A stretch of DNA of 64,000 nucleotides from Felis catus (Eukaryota), in NCBI RefSeq assembly GCF_018350175.1, contig NC_058368.1, positions 238,082,001-238,146,000 on the forward strand, read 5' to 3'. A program made the position numbers and the translations under genes. The notes beneath the pieces were generated by a model. That model ran no database searches, was not told the origin of the DNA, and saw nothing but the letters and a program-made list of their open reading frames with translations. Below, piece by piece: positions 62,348 to 64,000 of this stretch; the stretch's first letter is position 1; every line of letters starts with the position of its first letter.

Positions 62348-62940
62348 CACTACTAGGAATCATCCAAAAGATATAAAAATGCTGATTCAAAGGGGTACAT
62401 GGACCCCAATGTTTATGGCAGCACCATCGACAGTAGCCAAAGTATGGAAAGAGCCCCAATGTCCATCGACGGATGAATGGACCAAGAAGATGTGCTTTAT
62501 ACACACAACGGAGGATTACTCGGCAATCAAAAGGAATGAAATCTTGCCATTTACAACGACGTGGACGAAGCTGGAGGGTATTATGCTGAGCGAAATTAGT
62601 CAGGCAGAGAAGGACAAATATACGATTTCACTCATATGTGGAATTTAAAAAACATACCAGATGAACACAGGGGATGGGAAGGAAAAATAAGGTAAAAAGA
62701 GAGGGGACAAACCATAAGAGGCTCGTAAATACAGAGAACAAACTGAGGGTTGCTGGACGGGCGGTGGGTGGGGGAGGGGCAGATGGGGGAGGGGCACCGA
62801 GGAGGGCACCCGTTGGGATGAGCACTGGGTGTTTTGCGTAAGTGATGGATCACTAGGTTCTACTCCTGAAGCCACGACTGACTACACTGTATGTAAACTA
62901 GTATGTAAACTAACTTGCATTTAAATTAAAAGAAATTAAA
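62348..62940 (+). mobile_element. Carnivore L1 3' end (end of ORF2 plus 3' UTR)
   Basis: ORF ...TPMFMAAPSTVAKVWKEPQCPSTDEW...EILPFTTTWTKLEGIMLSEISQ; gggatgagcactgggtgtt tail. Confidence 0.9.
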
Positions 62941-63129
62941 GCCGAGGAAAAATTAAATATGCACTTAAGTCATTTAAAAGTAACCGTAAGAGACTCGCAA
63001 CTCACACCCCTGTTACCTCTTCTGTTTCTTCTCTCAACCACTTAACAACGTGAAAACCTTCCTTGACTTGTGGGCTTCACCGGACAGGCCCACGGCCCGA
63101 CCTGGTCCGCAAGCCGTGGCCGTGGCCGT

Positions 63130-63403
63130 GGCCGTGCCATCCAGCTCCATGGCCACTAGCTCTGTGGGCCGCTGGGCACACGAAATGTATAAATGTCAAA
63201 TGCACAAAAGAAGGGACGTGAAACACTTCGCCACATTTTTTATATTAGGTGCATGTTGAAGTGACAATAGTTTGGATGTTCCAGGTTAAATAAAATACAC
63301 ATTAAAATCAATTTCCTCTGCCTTTTTACTTTGTTCCACTGTGAGTACTAGAATATTTAAAACCCCCACGTGGCTCACATTCTGTTTCTAGGAGGCAGGG
63401 CTG
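63130..63403 (+). mobile_element. MER33/MER3-type hAT-Charlie remnant
   Basis: catgttgaagtgacaatagtttggatgttccaggttaaataaaatacacattaaaatcaatttc. Confidence 0.7.
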
Positions 63404-64000
63404 ACCTGGAATGCCTTCATATTGTACCAATTGTCCCACGTCCCCAGGAAAGAACTCTGCACTCTTAAGAACTCAGCTTACAAACAAAAGCATAAAACAT
63501 GCCACTTGGAAAAACTGGAAAAAATAACCTCCGTCCCCATTCCCCAATTACACAAATTTACTTGTCAAGAACCAAGATATTTCCCAAGCGTACGAGGCAA
63601 AACTCCTTAAGATGAAGTAAGGTTCATTTGGAAAAGAAAGAAAGAAGAGAAGGTCTCCCCAGGCGGAAGCGTGTTTCCGTGGCTGGCTGAGCGCCGTCCT
63701 GGGTCTGCATTGATGGAAGAGAATACGAAGCCGTTCGTAGCCGCAGAGAAATGATTTTAATTCCGCTGCGTGTTTGAGCAAATTGCCAAAATGTAGCCGT
63801 GGTTTTCCTGTGTTACCAATTAGCAGCCTGGCAGGATGACGGAGTCAGGCTCCGGAAACGCCACGGACGGGGGCTCCGTGTCTCTGGGAGGGAGGAGCCT
63901 TTCGGGGAACTTGGTTGTAAAGCAAACTTCCCGGCTTCCATTCTCCAGGTGACCGTTGCCCTGTCGCCGCCCACGGGAAATCGCGCTGCCCTGACGGAGC

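Overview
Mammalian genomic DNA, almost certainly a felid: it carries many Can-SINEs including young SINEC_Fc-type copies, plus carnivore L1 tails. It is GC/CpG-rich, as subtelomeric regions often are. I can support no intact protein-coding gene. The main result is a minus-strand, intron-containing, decayed gene running from about 37,580 to beyond position 1. It has about 27 exon-like segments, most with canonical and largely phase-compatible splice sites. Their translations align colinearly, from N- to C-terminus, with GREB1/GREB1L (N-terminal domain, middle domain, circularly permuted SF2-like region, TET/JBP-associated glycosyltransferase region, C-terminal domain). Identity is low (roughly 20-35% in the best blocks, by eye), so this is neither GREB1 nor GREB1L but looks like a third, highly divergent GREB1-family paralogue. 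It is now a pseudogene, with several in-frame stops, frameshifts, a Can-SINE inside one exon and an apparently deleted block of exons. The GREB1/GREB1L sequences are recalled from memory and aligned by eye, so a profile search is needed to confirm the call. Positions 38-64 kb look intergenic: L1, SINE, Tigger, MER33 and MER21 remnants and a few AT-rich enhancer-like islands.
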